From a virus (Duplodnaviria; Caudoviricetes): a stretch of DNA of 61,976 bases. Under the pieces are notes generated by a model, which was not told the DNA's origin, made no database searches, and saw only the letters and a program-made list of their open reading frames with translations. The position numbers and the translations under genes are program-made. The stretch is taken from the IMG/VR virus record IMGVR_UViG_3300043788_000036, positions 1 to 61,976 of that record; one strand, given 5' to 3'. Below, piece by piece: positions 9,915 to 20,330 of this stretch. Position 1 is the stretch's first letter; each line of letters starts with the position of its first letter.

Positions 9915-11152
9915 GCACTCCAGGTAGCGCACTGAGCTTCTTGTTCCAAGGGCAAACCCCCGCGCAGGGTACTAACTACTCGCAGAATCAGAGTAACGTA
10001 CCCACATGGCTGCAGGAGTACACGCAGGGCGTACTGGCGCAGTCCAACGCTCTTGCATCTCAACCGTACCAAACATACGGTGGGCCGCGCATTGCGGGGT
10101 TCACTGGGCAGCAGACCCAAGCACAGAACGAGGTGCAGGGACTTCAGGGGCAATACCAACAGCCCCTGAATCAGGCGCAGAGTCTCGCACAATCATCCGC
10201 GCAGCCCGGAGCTATTCAAAGTGCTCTGGGGTATCTCCCTCAAGCACAGCAGGGCATTCAAGGCGCCTTGGGTACCGCTAACACCGGGTACGGGGCGGCA
10301 CAGTCGTATTTGCCCCAAGCTAGCAACATGATTCAACAGGCGATTGCCCCCACCGCGGCGCAAATGAACCCGTACGCTCAGAACGTCATCGGACAGGCAG
10401 AGACCCAAGCGCAGCAGTTTTGGCAGAACCAGTTGCAGCCCTCGATCGACCAGCAATACGCGGCCGCGGGGCAATCGGGCTCCAGTGCAGACCTCCGCGC
10501 GCAGGAGGAGCAGGCGAATCAGCTGACGGAGAACATCCAGGCGACGGGCAACGCAGCCTTGGGGCAAGCGTATACCGCCGCCCAGAATGCGGGCCTGGCT
10601 GGCGCGCAGCAGGAGGCAGGTCTTGGATCGCTACAAGCGGGGATCGCCGGTCAGCAGGGCTCTCTGGGGCTTCAGGGGGCCAGTTCTTTGGGTAACCTCG
10701 CACAAGTGGGTGGGGGGCTTGGGTATGAGCAAGGGGCGTTGGGACTGCAGGGGGCCAGTACCCTCGGTAACCTTGCGTCTACCGGGCAGTCCTTAGGGTT
10801 GCAGGGGGCGGGGGCGCTCGACACGACTGGCGCCGAGCAGCAGAACCTGAACCAGCAGAATTTGAGCTTGGGATACCAGGATTTCTTGAATCAGCAGCAG
10901 TACCCCTATCAGCAGGCCTCTTGGGAGTCTCAGATGCTAGCGGGTACGGCCAACCCAACCAATACTCCCGGCATGACGCAAGGCGCACAAACATCGTATG
11001 CGCCCTCCGTGGGGCCATCGCCCCTCAGTCAGTCGCTAGGGCTTTATGCGGGGCTGAACTCGGGGCAGGTCGGCAGTGCGCTAGGCGGGTACGCTCGCGG
11101 GGGGCATGCTCGGCGCCGTCCCGGTGTCCTAGAGGCTATGCGGAGGGGGTAA
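9911..11152 (+). CDS. DNA-ejection / pilot protein (Q/G/A-rich)
   Basis: YQTYGGPRIAGFT, MNPYAQNV, YQDFLNQQQYPYQQ; YARGG near the C-terminus. Confidence 0.7.
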   Translation: MSTPGSALSFLFQGQTPAQGTNYSQNQSNVPTWLQEYTQGVLAQSNALASQPYQTYGGPRIAGFTGQQTQAQNEVQGLQGQYQQPLNQAQSLAQSSAQPGAIQSALGYLPQAQQGIQGALGTANTGYGAAQSYLPQASNMIQQAIAPTAAQMNPYAQNVIGQAETQAQQFWQNQLQPSIDQQYAAAGQSGSSADLRAQEEQANQLTENIQATGNAALGQAYTAAQNAGLAGAQQEAGLGSLQAGIAGQQGSLGLQGASSLGNLAQVGGGLGYEQGALGLQGASTLGNLASTGQSLGLQGAGALDTTGAEQQNLNQQNLSLGYQDFLNQQQYPYQQASWESQMLAGTANPTNTPGMTQGAQTSYAPSVGPSPLSQSLGLYAGLNSGQVGSALGGYARGGHARRRPGVLEAMRRG

Positions 11153-12481
11153 ATGTCTACACCAGAAGATCAACTAGACCCAGACAACGCGCCGACACAA
11201 GGTGTACTGTCTGCGTTGCAGCAGCCGACGCAATCGCCGGAGGGGCGCGCGTGGGGGGATGCATACCTCAAAGCTCACCCACAAGGAATCGACACGAGCG
11301 GGGAAGACTCGCTCCTTAACGACTTTGCCGCAAGCGCGGAAGATGCACGCACGACTCTGCGGCAGGCACGAGAGAAGTTGGCGGCGCAGCGCATGGACCC
11401 CAGTGTATTGGGGCTGCGGGTTGCTCAGTCGCTCCTATCTCCTTCCAAAGGGGGCGTACCTGACCAATTCAGCAAGGCGTTTGGAGACGTAGCCGACTGG
11501 CGCCAACAGAATCAGGCATTCCAGCAACAGCAAGGCGCGGGGGATTTAAACCTCGCGCAGCAGCTCAATGATACAGATAAGCAGCAATTACAAGCGCGCT
11601 TAGCACTACAAAAGCTTCGTGAACAGACCGGCTCTCAGTTGTTGGGCACAGCACTGAAAGCGACTGCTGCCCCTCAAGGACATTTTTCTCTTGTAGAAAA
11701 AGCCACTGCGTTACCTGATGGGTCTCCAGGCAAACAGTCCTATGTCGTAGACTCATCTACCGGAAATATAACTCCCTACGGTAAACCTGCACCGGTACCT
11801 AAAACAAGTGCTACTGCTATAGGACCGATACCCCCCGAACTACAAAAAGCGGTAGACGAAGGTAGACTTGACCCTACGCGCATCAATAGCCGTACTGCAC
11901 CTATCCTCTCACAACTTGCCGTAGGTAACCCTACGTTAGATTTCAACCGCATGCACTCTGACGCAGCGCTGCAGGCTAACTCAGCATTCCAGCAGAAAGC
12001 ATTAACGTTAGAAACTATCCCAGACATTTTGAAGCAAGTTACCGACGCGGGTAAAAAAGTTGGGTACTCCGATGAGCGTACAGTAGGTAAAATGCAGGCA
12101 TGGGCTAAAGGGGAATTTAACGACCCTGACTACACCGCGTACATGACGAAGCGTAACGATGCTCTAATGAATATTGCGAGCGTCATGCGTGGACAAGGTA
12201 TGTCGGACCAAGCACACAAAGCAGAGGTAGAAGCGGCCGCCCCAACCCTGTCACCAAAGGCGCTGGATGCGTGGTTTAACGCCCAGTACGAATTGTTGCA
12301 GCCTAGGCTAGCCCGTACTCAACAAATTACCCACCACACTACACCGACTACCCCCAGTAGTGGGGAACCTCCTGTATCGGCTGCGGCTCCTGTACAGATA
12401 AGTACTGACGATGAGTACAATAAATTACCGTCAGGCGCTTTGTTTATAAGCCCTGACGGGCACACACGGAAGAAACCGTAA
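11153..12481 (+). CDS. DNA-ejection protein
   Basis: Helical, Q-rich; ends STDDEYNKLPSGALFISPDG..RKKP. Confidence 0.6.
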   Translation: MSTPEDQLDPDNAPTQGVLSALQQPTQSPEGRAWGDAYLKAHPQGIDTSGEDSLLNDFAASAEDARTTLRQAREKLAAQRMDPSVLGLRVAQSLLSPSKGGVPDQFSKAFGDVADWRQQNQAFQQQQGAGDLNLAQQLNDTDKQQLQARLALQKLREQTGSQLLGTALKATAAPQGHFSLVEKATALPDGSPGKQSYVVDSSTGNITPYGKPAPVPKTSATAIGPIPPELQKAVDEGRLDPTRINSRTAPILSQLAVGNPTLDFNRMHSDAALQANSAFQQKALTLETIPDILKQVTDAGKKVGYSDERTVGKMQAWAKGEFNDPDYTAYMTKRNDALMNIASVMRGQGMSDQAHKAEVEAAAPTLSPKALDAWFNAQYELLQPRLARTQQITHHTTPTTPSSGEPPVSAAAPVQISTDDEYNKLPSGALFISPDGHTRKKP

Positions 12482-15159
12482 TGCCTGCGTGGGAAAATGC
12501 GCCAATTGTGAAAGCGGCAGATTCAGGCCCTGCGTGGGCTAATGCGCCAGTAATTACCCCCTCTACTCCTCCAGCGGAGCCCAAAGAATACGACCCTGTA
12601 CCTCAGGGGGGAAAAGCGCCTGAGGGCTTCTATGCAGTAACGGGAGACGACGGTAAACAAACACTGCGAAAGAACCAGAGCTTCGGCGACATTATCGCAT
12701 CTTTGAATAACCTTCCAGGTATGGGACTCGCGGAGCATGCGGGGGCCGGACTCGTCAACTTGGGCGGGAAAGCGGTCAGCGGGCTTGCAGGGATTTTATC
12801 TGGGGGTAATCCCGACACAGTGCGACAAGTACAGGACACACTACACGTAACGCCCCCACAGTCTAACGACCCGATTTTACAGGGGATGGGCGCGCTGAAC
12901 CGCGGAGCTGAAGCTGTTGCAGCTCCCGTAGATAAAGCGGTGGGTAACTTATCACCCGGAGCGCGTACCGCGATTGAAGCGACCGAGGAAGCGATACCGG
13001 ATGTTGCAAGTGTCTTGGGCATGCGAGGCGCAATACCTGAGTCGACGGCTACTCAAGCTATTGCACGCTCTGCACAAGATGTTGCAAAGGAAGTTGGGTA
13101 TACCGGACTAAGTACTAAAGCTGACTTAATGGCGCCGGGTAATCAAGCGATTACCGATACGATGATCGCGAAAGATTCAGGGATGCTATCGGGGCAGACT
13201 CCAAGCATCACAGCTTTAGATAATGCAATGAAGATTGGTCCGGCTAAGGTTTATCGCCAAGCTGAGAAGGACATTCCTCAGCAACTCACTATGCGGGGGG
13301 ACCCCCTGCAAGATGCGCTTAAGAACCTCCCCAATCAAACGAGTACTCTTCCACGCTCACCTGACGTGGAAGCGCTCCAAGAGACCATGTTGGCTAAACC
13401 CGATTTCACTCGGGACGAGCTATTTGCCAATATACGAGAAGCGCGAGATAGAGCTAAAGCTAATTGGAAATCAGACCACCCCGACCACGGCGCGCTGGGG
13501 GATGCCTACTACGCACTGGCTAATGCGTATGAAGACTTTGCAGGCAGGCAACTTGAGTCTGTAGGTAGTGATGTGTCCCTCGCAGATTGGCAGGCTGCGC
13601 GTACGCAAATGGCGAAGAACTATCAGGCACGTGCGGCACTGTCCGGGCCACAGGGGGGAGAGCACTTCAATGCGCAAGCGTACGCTAAGATAGCAGAGCG
13701 AAATCCCGGCTTACTCACTGGGGATGCTGCATTAGTTGGTCACGTGGCTAAGAGCCTACCCACTACAGTAGCTCCTGGCGTAGTACCTGACTTAACGGGA
13801 GCTGCAGCGCAAACTGCTGGATATATACCTTTCGTTGGTCCTATGCTCAAAGCAAAGTTGGAGCAGCTGCGCACGCGCGGTAACTCCGCACTACCTCCAG
13901 GTACTCAGAGTAATCCTGCTCTGAGTTACTTCTTCCCGCAGGGCAAGAATCCCCCGCCTGGCTGGGGCCGCGCACCGTCAGCGCCTCCACAATTCGGTGG
14001 GTATCTGCCTTCTCCTGCCATGGTGAATGCAGGAGGCGGTATGTCGACGCAGAATGCTCTGGAAGCCCTGGGGCTTACTCCAGACGTGCGTGCCGCCGGG
14101 GCACTTCACCCAGGCGCGGAGCGACTCCAGGCGCTTCGGGAACAGGTTTCGCAGCCCCCTATGGAAAATATTGAACCGCCACGTACCCAAAAGTGGGGGG
14201 AGTTTTCTCTTTCTCCACAAGGGGCTCCTCAAGAGGGTATCCCCTTTGCAAATGTCCTTGAGCACAAGCCGCCGCCCGGGGGAACTCCGATCCTCGCGCA
14301 AGGCCCTCCTCCGGGCGCTTCCGACGCCCAGATCAATTTTAGGAACAAGCTAGCGGCTGACCGCCTACGCAAGCTCGCAGGGGATCTCCGCATGGAGGGG
14401 CCAGGGGGCGCAATAGGAAGCCCACTGGACCGCGCACGAGCCGCTCTGCAACGTAGGCAGGCCCCACCACCACAAGCCGGTCAGGAGTCCTTTGACGACC
14501 TTATGCGCTCACTGCATGGGGTGACGGGGGAACCGCCGCAAGGATTCGCGAAGGGGGGCAGGGTACGCGCCTTCAAAGGCATCCCGATCGTGCGCGAGAT
14601 TAAGGCATGGCCGCGGGACAAAGACGGCGGCTATATCCAGCCGGACAAAATCACCCCTGAGCTTGCGGTGATCATGGCGCACAACTCAGAACGCGCAGTC
14701 AATCAAGCACAGTTTGCTACAAGCAAGTGCGGTAACCAACACACGTATGACCCTACGGGGGATACTATTTGTTGGCACTGCAATCAGTACGATAAGGAAA
14801 ATAACGACTGCGAAGTGATTATTGATATTGTCGCCGGCCTGGATGGAGATATCCAAGAAGCCAGTAGTTGCAGACATTTCGAAACCATTCGCGCAGGCGA
14901 TTGGGAAGTCAAACTTAAGCGTATGACCAAAGCTGCGGCAATGTTTGGTACCGCAAAGAATGGAAAGGGTTTTGGGTGCGGCAGTAAACAAAACCAACGC
15001 TGCGGCTGGCGACGTACCAGTAAATGGGGTACAGATCTTTACGGCGATGACACTGAATGGTGCAGTGCGTACTTTATGCCTACAGAACCTACGGGTTGCT
15101 GCGCGATCAATAGCACCCCTACCTTACCGGACGGAACTCCACTCAAGAGGAAACACTAA
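12481..15159 (+). CDS. Large ejection protein with C-terminal Cys-rich (HiPIP-like) extension
   Basis: Repeated PAWxNAP N-terminus; FAKGG at aa 689; 10 Cys in the last ~145 aa. Confidence 0.6.
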   Translation: MPAWENAPIVKAADSGPAWANAPVITPSTPPAEPKEYDPVPQGGKAPEGFYAVTGDDGKQTLRKNQSFGDIIASLNNLPGMGLAEHAGAGLVNLGGKAVSGLAGILSGGNPDTVRQVQDTLHVTPPQSNDPILQGMGALNRGAEAVAAPVDKAVGNLSPGARTAIEATEEAIPDVASVLGMRGAIPESTATQAIARSAQDVAKEVGYTGLSTKADLMAPGNQAITDTMIAKDSGMLSGQTPSITALDNAMKIGPAKVYRQAEKDIPQQLTMRGDPLQDALKNLPNQTSTLPRSPDVEALQETMLAKPDFTRDELFANIREARDRAKANWKSDHPDHGALGDAYYALANAYEDFAGRQLESVGSDVSLADWQAARTQMAKNYQARAALSGPQGGEHFNAQAYAKIAERNPGLLTGDAALVGHVAKSLPTTVAPGVVPDLTGAAAQTAGYIPFVGPMLKAKLEQLRTRGNSALPPGTQSNPALSYFFPQGKNPPPGWGRAPSAPPQFGGYLPSPAMVNAGGGMSTQNALEALGLTPDVRAAGALHPGAERLQALREQVSQPPMENIEPPRTQKWGEFSLSPQGAPQEGIPFANVLEHKPPPGGTPILAQGPPPGASDAQINFRNKLAADRLRKLAGDLRMEGPGGAIGSPLDRARAALQRRQAPPPQAGQESFDDLMRSLHGVTGEPPQGFAKGGRVRAFKGIPIVREIKAWPRDKDGGYIQPDKITPELAVIMAHNSERAVNQAQFATSKCGNQHTYDPTGDTICWHCNQYDKENNDCEVIIDIVAGLDGDIQEASSCRHFETIRAGDWEVKLKRMTKAAAMFGTAKNGKGFGCGSKQNQRCGWRRTSKWGTDLYGDDTEWCSAYFMPTEPTGCCAINSTPTLPDGTPLKRKH

Positions 15160-15971
15160 TGCCTTGGACACCCAAAGACGCTTTGCGCCATACGAAGAAG
15201 GCTACCTCGGCAAAAGCACAACGCCAGTGGAGCGACGTATCCAATAGTGCTTTATCGAGGGGCGCTTCTGAAGGATCCGCGATACGCCAAGCCAATGCCG
15301 TTGTAGGTCGTCGCAAATACGCAGACGGAGGCGAAGTGCCCCGGGGGTCTTCCTCACCAGGCACCCCTGGGGTATCGGGGGCGGTACGAGACGCCCTTGC
15401 CGCGTTGCGCGACTATGCTATAGATCGTCCGCGGCGGGAAATTCAAGCCGCTAAGGAACAGCGGGAAAACTCTATTATTGACGACACGGCCCCCACTACC
15501 CCTGCGCAAACGAACTACGCCGCGGGAGGAGCTATATCTCCTCTTGCGGCGCAGGTGGGTAACCCAATGCAAATGCGCTCTACCTTGCCCAAGTTAGGCA
15601 ACACTAACCCAATGGGTATGGGGCACATGCGCATGCCCCATGTCCCCCTTGGCGGCACGCTACACAATATAGACCAACACATGGCCGGGGCTAGAATGAA
15701 GCTACCCTCACTAAAGGCTGCGATAGGAGGGGCCATACCCCCTCAACAATTACCGCCGCAGGCCATTGCAGTCGTAAAGCAAGCCATTTCACACCTTGCG
15801 AACAAAGACGCCTCTTCCGCGGCCGCTACTTTGCGTTCGTCACCAGAAGCTATGCGCTATCCTACCGTACGACATGCGGAGCACGCCCTACGGACGTCTC
15901 AGAGGCTTGCGCCAGCTAATCATGGGCTAGCACAGGTAGCTTCCACAGAGCAGCCGCTTACGGGGCAATAG
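15159..15971 (+). CDS. Probable virion cargo protein with ChaB-like N-terminus and AxGG motifs
   Basis: MPWT..AQRQW..VSNSAL..AIRQANAVV; YADGG, YAAGG, AAIGG. Confidence 0.5.
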   Translation: MPWTPKDALRHTKKATSAKAQRQWSDVSNSALSRGASEGSAIRQANAVVGRRKYADGGEVPRGSSSPGTPGVSGAVRDALAALRDYAIDRPRREIQAAKEQRENSIIDDTAPTTPAQTNYAAGGAISPLAAQVGNPMQMRSTLPKLGNTNPMGMGHMRMPHVPLGGTLHNIDQHMAGARMKLPSLKAAIGGAIPPQQLPPQAIAVVKQAISHLANKDASSAAATLRSSPEAMRYPTVRHAEHALRTSQRLAPANHGLAQVASTEQPLTGQ

Positions 15972-16023
15972 TTACTGACTCACTCTCCGGTTAATCTAAC
16001 GTCTCGAACGGTCGTATTTCAAA

Positions 16024-16260
16024 CTAACAATCCGGCTCAACGCAATACCACGTATCGGCGTCGCGCCTTAGTTCCAAGTGAGAACACTGCTGATTTGAGG
16101 ACAGCGCTGCTTTCGGGCGAATGCCATAGACCTCAATATTTTGTCGCGCCAATTCAATGTTGATCTGTTTGGCGCAATCCTCGCAGTAGGGCGGCGGTGT
16201 GGGGGTTCCACCAAAGCGCGGGCGCTGTGCCGCAAGCTGTCCGGTTGCACATGCCATCAA
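16024..16260 (-). CDS. Cys-rich hypothetical protein
   Basis: ORF in the minus-strand operon; CxxC. Confidence 0.4.
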   Translation of the reverse strand: MMACATGQLAAQRPRFGGTPTPPPYCEDCAKQINIELARQNIEVYGIRPKAALSSNQQCSHLELRRDADTWYCVEPDC

Positions 16261-16300
16261 AGTGGCCTTTATGTTCTGATGTCCGCGTTTCGCTCACGTT

Positions 16301-16555
16301 TCATCTCCTTTGTATAGTAAGCCATTCTGGAGTACCTACTCCGCGTAGGTATTCGTTAATGAGTTCCCACTCATGACGCTCCTGCCACTGTAGAAAGACC
16401 GGCTTACCGTCTCGGTAGCTTATAGCGTTATTGTCTAATAGATACTGAGCAGCTTGCTCTGGCTCTAAGAAGCGCGGTAAGTCGTCTCTCTTGACCCACT
16501 TACCGTTGACGTGCTCCAACGGCACAAAGACGGTTTTAGGAATTCGGAGGGTCAT
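16301..16555 (-). CDS. Hypothetical protein
   Basis: ATGA-coupled ORF. Confidence 0.5.
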   Translation of the reverse strand: MTLRIPKTVFVPLEHVNGKWVKRDDLPRFLEPEQAAQYLLDNNAISYRDGKPVFLQWQERHEWELINEYLRGVGTPEWLTIQRR

Positions 16556-16983
16556 GGGGGCTCTTCCAGTAAAGAGCGTATTGCAACTAGGGGCAAGCCA
16601 CGCTCTCCATTCTTAACCCACTCTACGGCCGAAACGCGCAGCACGTCCTCCTCCGTCATACGGTGTAACTCGTCGAAGTACAAGTCTGCTTTCAACAAGT
16701 ACACTCGGTCGCCGCACTGTAGCGCTAGGAGAACCTTGCCGCCTTTGTCACACTCCTCGGTCATCCAGGTAATCTGGCTCTTACGTAGCCCACTTTCGCC
16801 TTTGAACGGGTACTTAGCGCCGGGGCGCTTAGCATCTTTCAACTCAATCGTGCCGGAGACCCCTCCCAATGTGTAGTGCACATCTGGAAAACCTGCCGCG
16901 GTGTCGGGACTCTCGATGCGCGAGTAGTGCCCTTCCTTGGGCAACAGCTTCACAAGGTACTTCCAGAAGCTCGCCTCGCTCAC
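16552..16983 (-). CDS. PD-(D/E)XK nuclease (VRR-NUC / resolvase-like)
   Basis: SE..FW, GFPD, IELK, LRKSQITW. Confidence 0.8.
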   Translation of the reverse strand: MSEASFWKYLVKLLPKEGHYSRIESPDTAAGFPDVHYTLGGVSGTIELKDAKRPGAKYPFKGESGLRKSQITWMTEECDKGGKVLLALQCGDRVYLLKADLYFDELHRMTEEDVLRVSAVEWVKNGERGLPLVAIRSLLEEPP

Positions 16984-17357
16984 TTGGGTATCTCGGGTAA
17001 CCCTAGCAGCTTACGAACCTTCTTCAGATCACGCGATCCGGCTTTCCAGCGCCACCCCGCCGCTGAACGTTCCATGCCTGCCTTCTTGACCCAGATACGC
17101 GCAAGCTGTGGCTGCATACCGCGCTCCGCGGCGAGCTGGGACAGGGTCGCGAATCCTTCGACTTCGCGCGGTTTCACGATAGCGTACGCAAGCGTCTTGC
17201 CGCGTTTACCCGTGGAAGAAGGTGCAGTGGTTTCATGGGTACTTACCATCGGGGATTCGACAATTTCGTCGATTTCTTTGCGCGTCAATCGACGAGTACT
17301 GGGGTCCGGGGGTTTGCGCACGATTTTCTTTATTTTCCTAACTTCAACTTCACTCAC
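16980..17357 (-). CDS. Basic, possibly DNA-binding protein
   Basis: K/R-rich; TLSQLAAERGM..QLARIW helix-turn-helix-like segment. Confidence 0.5.
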   Translation of the reverse strand: MSEVEVRKIKKIVRKPPDPSTRRLTRKEIDEIVESPMVSTHETTAPSSTGKRGKTLAYAIVKPREVEGFATLSQLAAERGMQPQLARIWVKKAGMERSAAGWRWKAGSRDLKKVRKLLGLPEIPK

Positions 17358-17830
17358 GGTAGTTGTACCTCAATCTCTAAGCTGCCGTTTAGGTGCCTGT
17401 AGATGCGCATCAGGGATAAAGCGTAGCGTATCCCTACTTTGTCGTTTACCTTGTACCCGTATATTGCATTAACTCCTCCTGGGGTAGGTTCACGTTTACG
17501 GCGTAACTCTTCCTGTGTACGACGTAGCTCTTCGCGCAACTTATCGGCTACTTCGCGATCTTGTTGCATATCAATGATTGTGTCGTGTAGCTCAGACAAG
17601 TCTACGGTCACATTGACGCCTTCCTGCACTAACAACCACACCGCGGCAAGGGCTTTAGCCGTTACATCTTGAAGTTGGTATCGCAGCTTATCGTTAATTT
17701 TACCTAAGTCGTCATTCAAAGTACGTACGCCCCGCAGTTCTTCCTGAAGTGCTTCAACGTCTGACCAGTTTACCCAAGCACCTAAAGCAGCCTGTTGCGG
17801 GACCTCGCCATCTATATCGTAACGGGTCAT
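17354..17830 (-). CDS. Coiled-coil hypothetical protein
   Basis: Coupled ORF with heptads. Confidence 0.55.
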   Translation of the reverse strand: MTRYDIDGEVPQQAALGAWVNWSDVEALQEELRGVRTLNDDLGKINDKLRYQLQDVTAKALAAVWLLVQEGVNVTVDLSELHDTIIDMQQDREVADKLREELRRTQEELRRKREPTPGGVNAIYGYKVNDKVGIRYALSLMRIYRHLNGSLEIEVQLP

Positions 17831-19185
17831 TTCGTCCTCGTTCGGTAGTGATCACATACTAATTCAGCGACACGTTTCTTTCTAGTTATCGCTAAGTAAA
17901 TGTCTTCATCGATTGTATCAGTAGCGGTAAGAAAATAATAGTGTCCGACTGGTTTATTAAAGTCCAAGATGCGAAAACGGGCCTGCTCAAAGTTGAGCAT
18001 GCTGAAATCTATGGAATAGCAAATGATGCAGTCGGCTGCGGACATGTCGACTGCAATACCTGCCTGTATCTGCATCACTAGGCAGTCTTGCTTGAACTTA
18101 CCATCGTAGGGCTCCCCGCCGCGGACTATTCCGGTGTGGTACCCAAGTCGCGCCAGCTCCTGCGCAATGCGGTCTATTTCGTGGCGGAAGCGTGCGATGA
18201 CGATAAATTTGCCCGCGTGCTTCTTCTGCGCCTCTCTAATCATCTGTGTCATCGCAAACAACTTTTCCCGGCTGATATCGAGGAGGGTAGCCTTTTTCCC
18301 CTCGACTTCTGGGGCTACGAGCACGCTGCCGCCTGTTACTTGCTGCAGCTTGATGAGGCTAGCCAGGACGTTCTTGACCTTGATCTGTCGCTTGTTCACC
18401 TCAGTGACTAGATCGGCTTTCAGCTCCTCATACGCAGTCCGGGTGCGCTTATTGAGCGCCACCGGTACCTTGGTGTATTTGAGCATTAGTGGCTTATCCC
18501 GAGCTTCCCTGAGCGTCTTGCGATAGCTGTGGGCGTGGAACTTTTGGTGGAACTCCTTCTCGTTCTTGATGCCGACTACGTCATGCTGCTTGTACCCCCC
18601 GCGGATCAGGTAGCGCCCTTCGAAGCCCTCTTCGAGCACTTCCTTGCGAGTCGCAGGGTCTTTGTAAGTATTATCGAATTTACCGAATACCCCCGGATCG
18701 ATAAAATCAAATTGAGCCCAGGCATCCTGTATGCCTTGCGCAATAGGCGTCCCAGTCAGCGCCAACCGCCAGCGAGCGAACCTCGCCAGCTTGCGCACTA
18801 CTCGCGACCGAGTAGCGCCCCGCGACTTGATGTAATGGGACTCGTCGCATATTAGTAGCAGGTCGTTGAGGTATTTGGCTTCTTTGTACAGCGCTTTGCG
18901 CTTGCTGACCCACTGCTCGTAATTCTCGATGCGTATTTGGGTGTCGTTAAGCCCGCTGTGCAACTTCATCCATTTCCCTATCTCACGCCACCACACCTCA
19001 GGCGCGGCTCCTCCAGCTTTGGGGCATATTACCCATAAGTGCTTGGGGCGCAGAGTATCGGCAATCTTCAGTGCAGTAGCAGTCTTACCCGTACGCTGTT
19101 CCAACCAAATTCCAAAGCCCCCCTCGGCCTGCATGAGTGCAAGGGCTTTGTTAGCGCATTCAAGTTGGTACGGTCTTAATTGCAT
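17827..19185 (-). CDS. SF2 (SNF2-like) DNA helicase
   Basis: LRPYQ, RTGKT, DESH, LTGTP, EQARFRI. Confidence 0.9.
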   Translation of the reverse strand: MQLRPYQLECANKALALMQAEGGFGIWLEQRTGKTATALKIADTLRPKHLWVICPKAGGAAPEVWWREIGKWMKLHSGLNDTQIRIENYEQWVSKRKALYKEAKYLNDLLLICDESHYIKSRGATRSRVVRKLARFARWRLALTGTPIAQGIQDAWAQFDFIDPGVFGKFDNTYKDPATRKEVLEEGFEGRYLIRGGYKQHDVVGIKNEKEFHQKFHAHSYRKTLREARDKPLMLKYTKVPVALNKRTRTAYEELKADLVTEVNKRQIKVKNVLASLIKLQQVTGGSVLVAPEVEGKKATLLDISREKLFAMTQMIREAQKKHAGKFIVIARFRHEIDRIAQELARLGYHTGIVRGGEPYDGKFKQDCLVMQIQAGIAVDMSAADCIICYSIDFSMLNFEQARFRILDFNKPVGHYYFLTATDTIDEDIYLAITRKKRVAELVCDHYRTRTK

Positions 19186-19268
19186 GTTCTACTCTGCCCA
19201 GACCCCGCACGTTACCCACTTAAGGTAGCCCAGTGATCTCGCACCAGTGCAACGTGCGGGGAGGGACT

Positions 19269-20036
19269 TCAAATGACGGTCAACTCATCGGTGTCAATTT
19301 CGTACGTGTCTTCGTCGTCCGAAACTACAATCGCTTGGTCGCCGTCGATGCTCTCGATTGTACCTTTGACGAGCTTATTTTTCTCGTCCTTGAATTTCAC
19401 CTTGGCGCCTTTCTTGAGCTTCTTACTCGAGGGCTTTTTGGGCTCGTCTTCCTCTTCGTCGTCTTGTTCTTCCTCCTCGTCGCCCTCTTCTTCGTCCTTC
19501 TTGGTGCGCTTTTTGGGCGGCTCTTCCTCCTCGTCTTCGTCCTCCTCAACGGGTTTAGACTTACCCTTCTTGACGGGCTTTTCCTCTTCCTCATCGCCGT
19601 TATCGTCAACGGTATTACCGTCTGACAGCGGTGCGACACCGGTCACGCGAGCGAAGGTACCGTTTTCGCGCTTGTCGTGAGTCAACTCGATAATGCACTC
19701 AGTCTCACCGTCGATCATCTCGTCCCAATCAACTTCGTGCTCACCGTCAGGCACCTCGACTCCCATTGCTTCCAGCAGGCCCTTGAGTTTCCACAAGGCT
19801 TGCGGTTGGAGCGAGTAGTTGTCGAAACGCACCTCGCGTCCGTTGCACTTATCGGAGGTAATTTCCCACGTTACATCTCGGTAGGGCTCGCCACTCTCCT
19901 TACCCTCCTTGGTCTCGGCACTGATGATCTTCGCCTTGTAGCGCCCCTCAGGTGGAGCTGCGCCCCCTCCCGACTTGACTCCTGCGAAGTCGACGGTATC
20001 GACATTGCCTTTACGTTTTTTTACTGGTTTTGCCAT
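19269..20036 (-). CDS. ssDNA-binding protein (DUF669-like) with acidic linker and C-terminal beta-barrel
   Basis: PEGRYKAKI..ALWKLKGLLEAMG; long D/E tract; lies beside the Sak4-like ATPase. Confidence 0.7.
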   Translation of the reverse strand: MAKPVKKRKGNVDTVDFAGVKSGGGAAPPEGRYKAKIISAETKEGKESGEPYRDVTWEITSDKCNGREVRFDNYSLQPQALWKLKGLLEAMGVEVPDGEHEVDWDEMIDGETECIIELTHDKRENGTFARVTGVAPLSDGNTVDDNGDEEEEKPVKKGKSKPVEEDEDEEEEPPKKRTKKDEEEGDEEEEQDDEEEDEPKKPSSKKLKKGAKVKFKDEKNKLVKGTIESIDGDQAIVVSDDEDTYEIDTDELTVI

Positions 20037-20066
20037 GTTGGCTACTTCACCTTGTTGGTGTGTTGG

Positions 20067-20330
20067 TTAAACTATTTGATTGGGGTACTGTAGGTTGTTC
20101 TGCTGCCCCCACCCCCCATCTATTCTTTGCCCACTAATACACGCTTGCCCAGCTTGCGCTTGCTGCATGTATTGTAGACTCTCGTCTTTCATTTTACTGT
20201 GGTGCTTCCGGCAGGCTTCAATTGCCGCTGTGACCTTCTCTCTGTCAGCCCAGGACAATTCCGTCTCAGTTAACAGGTTGACTAAGGGCATTACTACTGC
20301 GCTAAGCGGCTGTTGTTTAATGATGCTCAC
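20067..20330 (-). CDS. Hypothetical protein
   Basis: Coupled ORF. Confidence 0.5.
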   Translation of the reverse strand: MSIIKQQPLSAVVMPLVNLLTETELSWADREKVTAAIEACRKHHSKMKDESLQYMQQAQAGQACISGQRIDGGWGQQNNLQYPNQIV

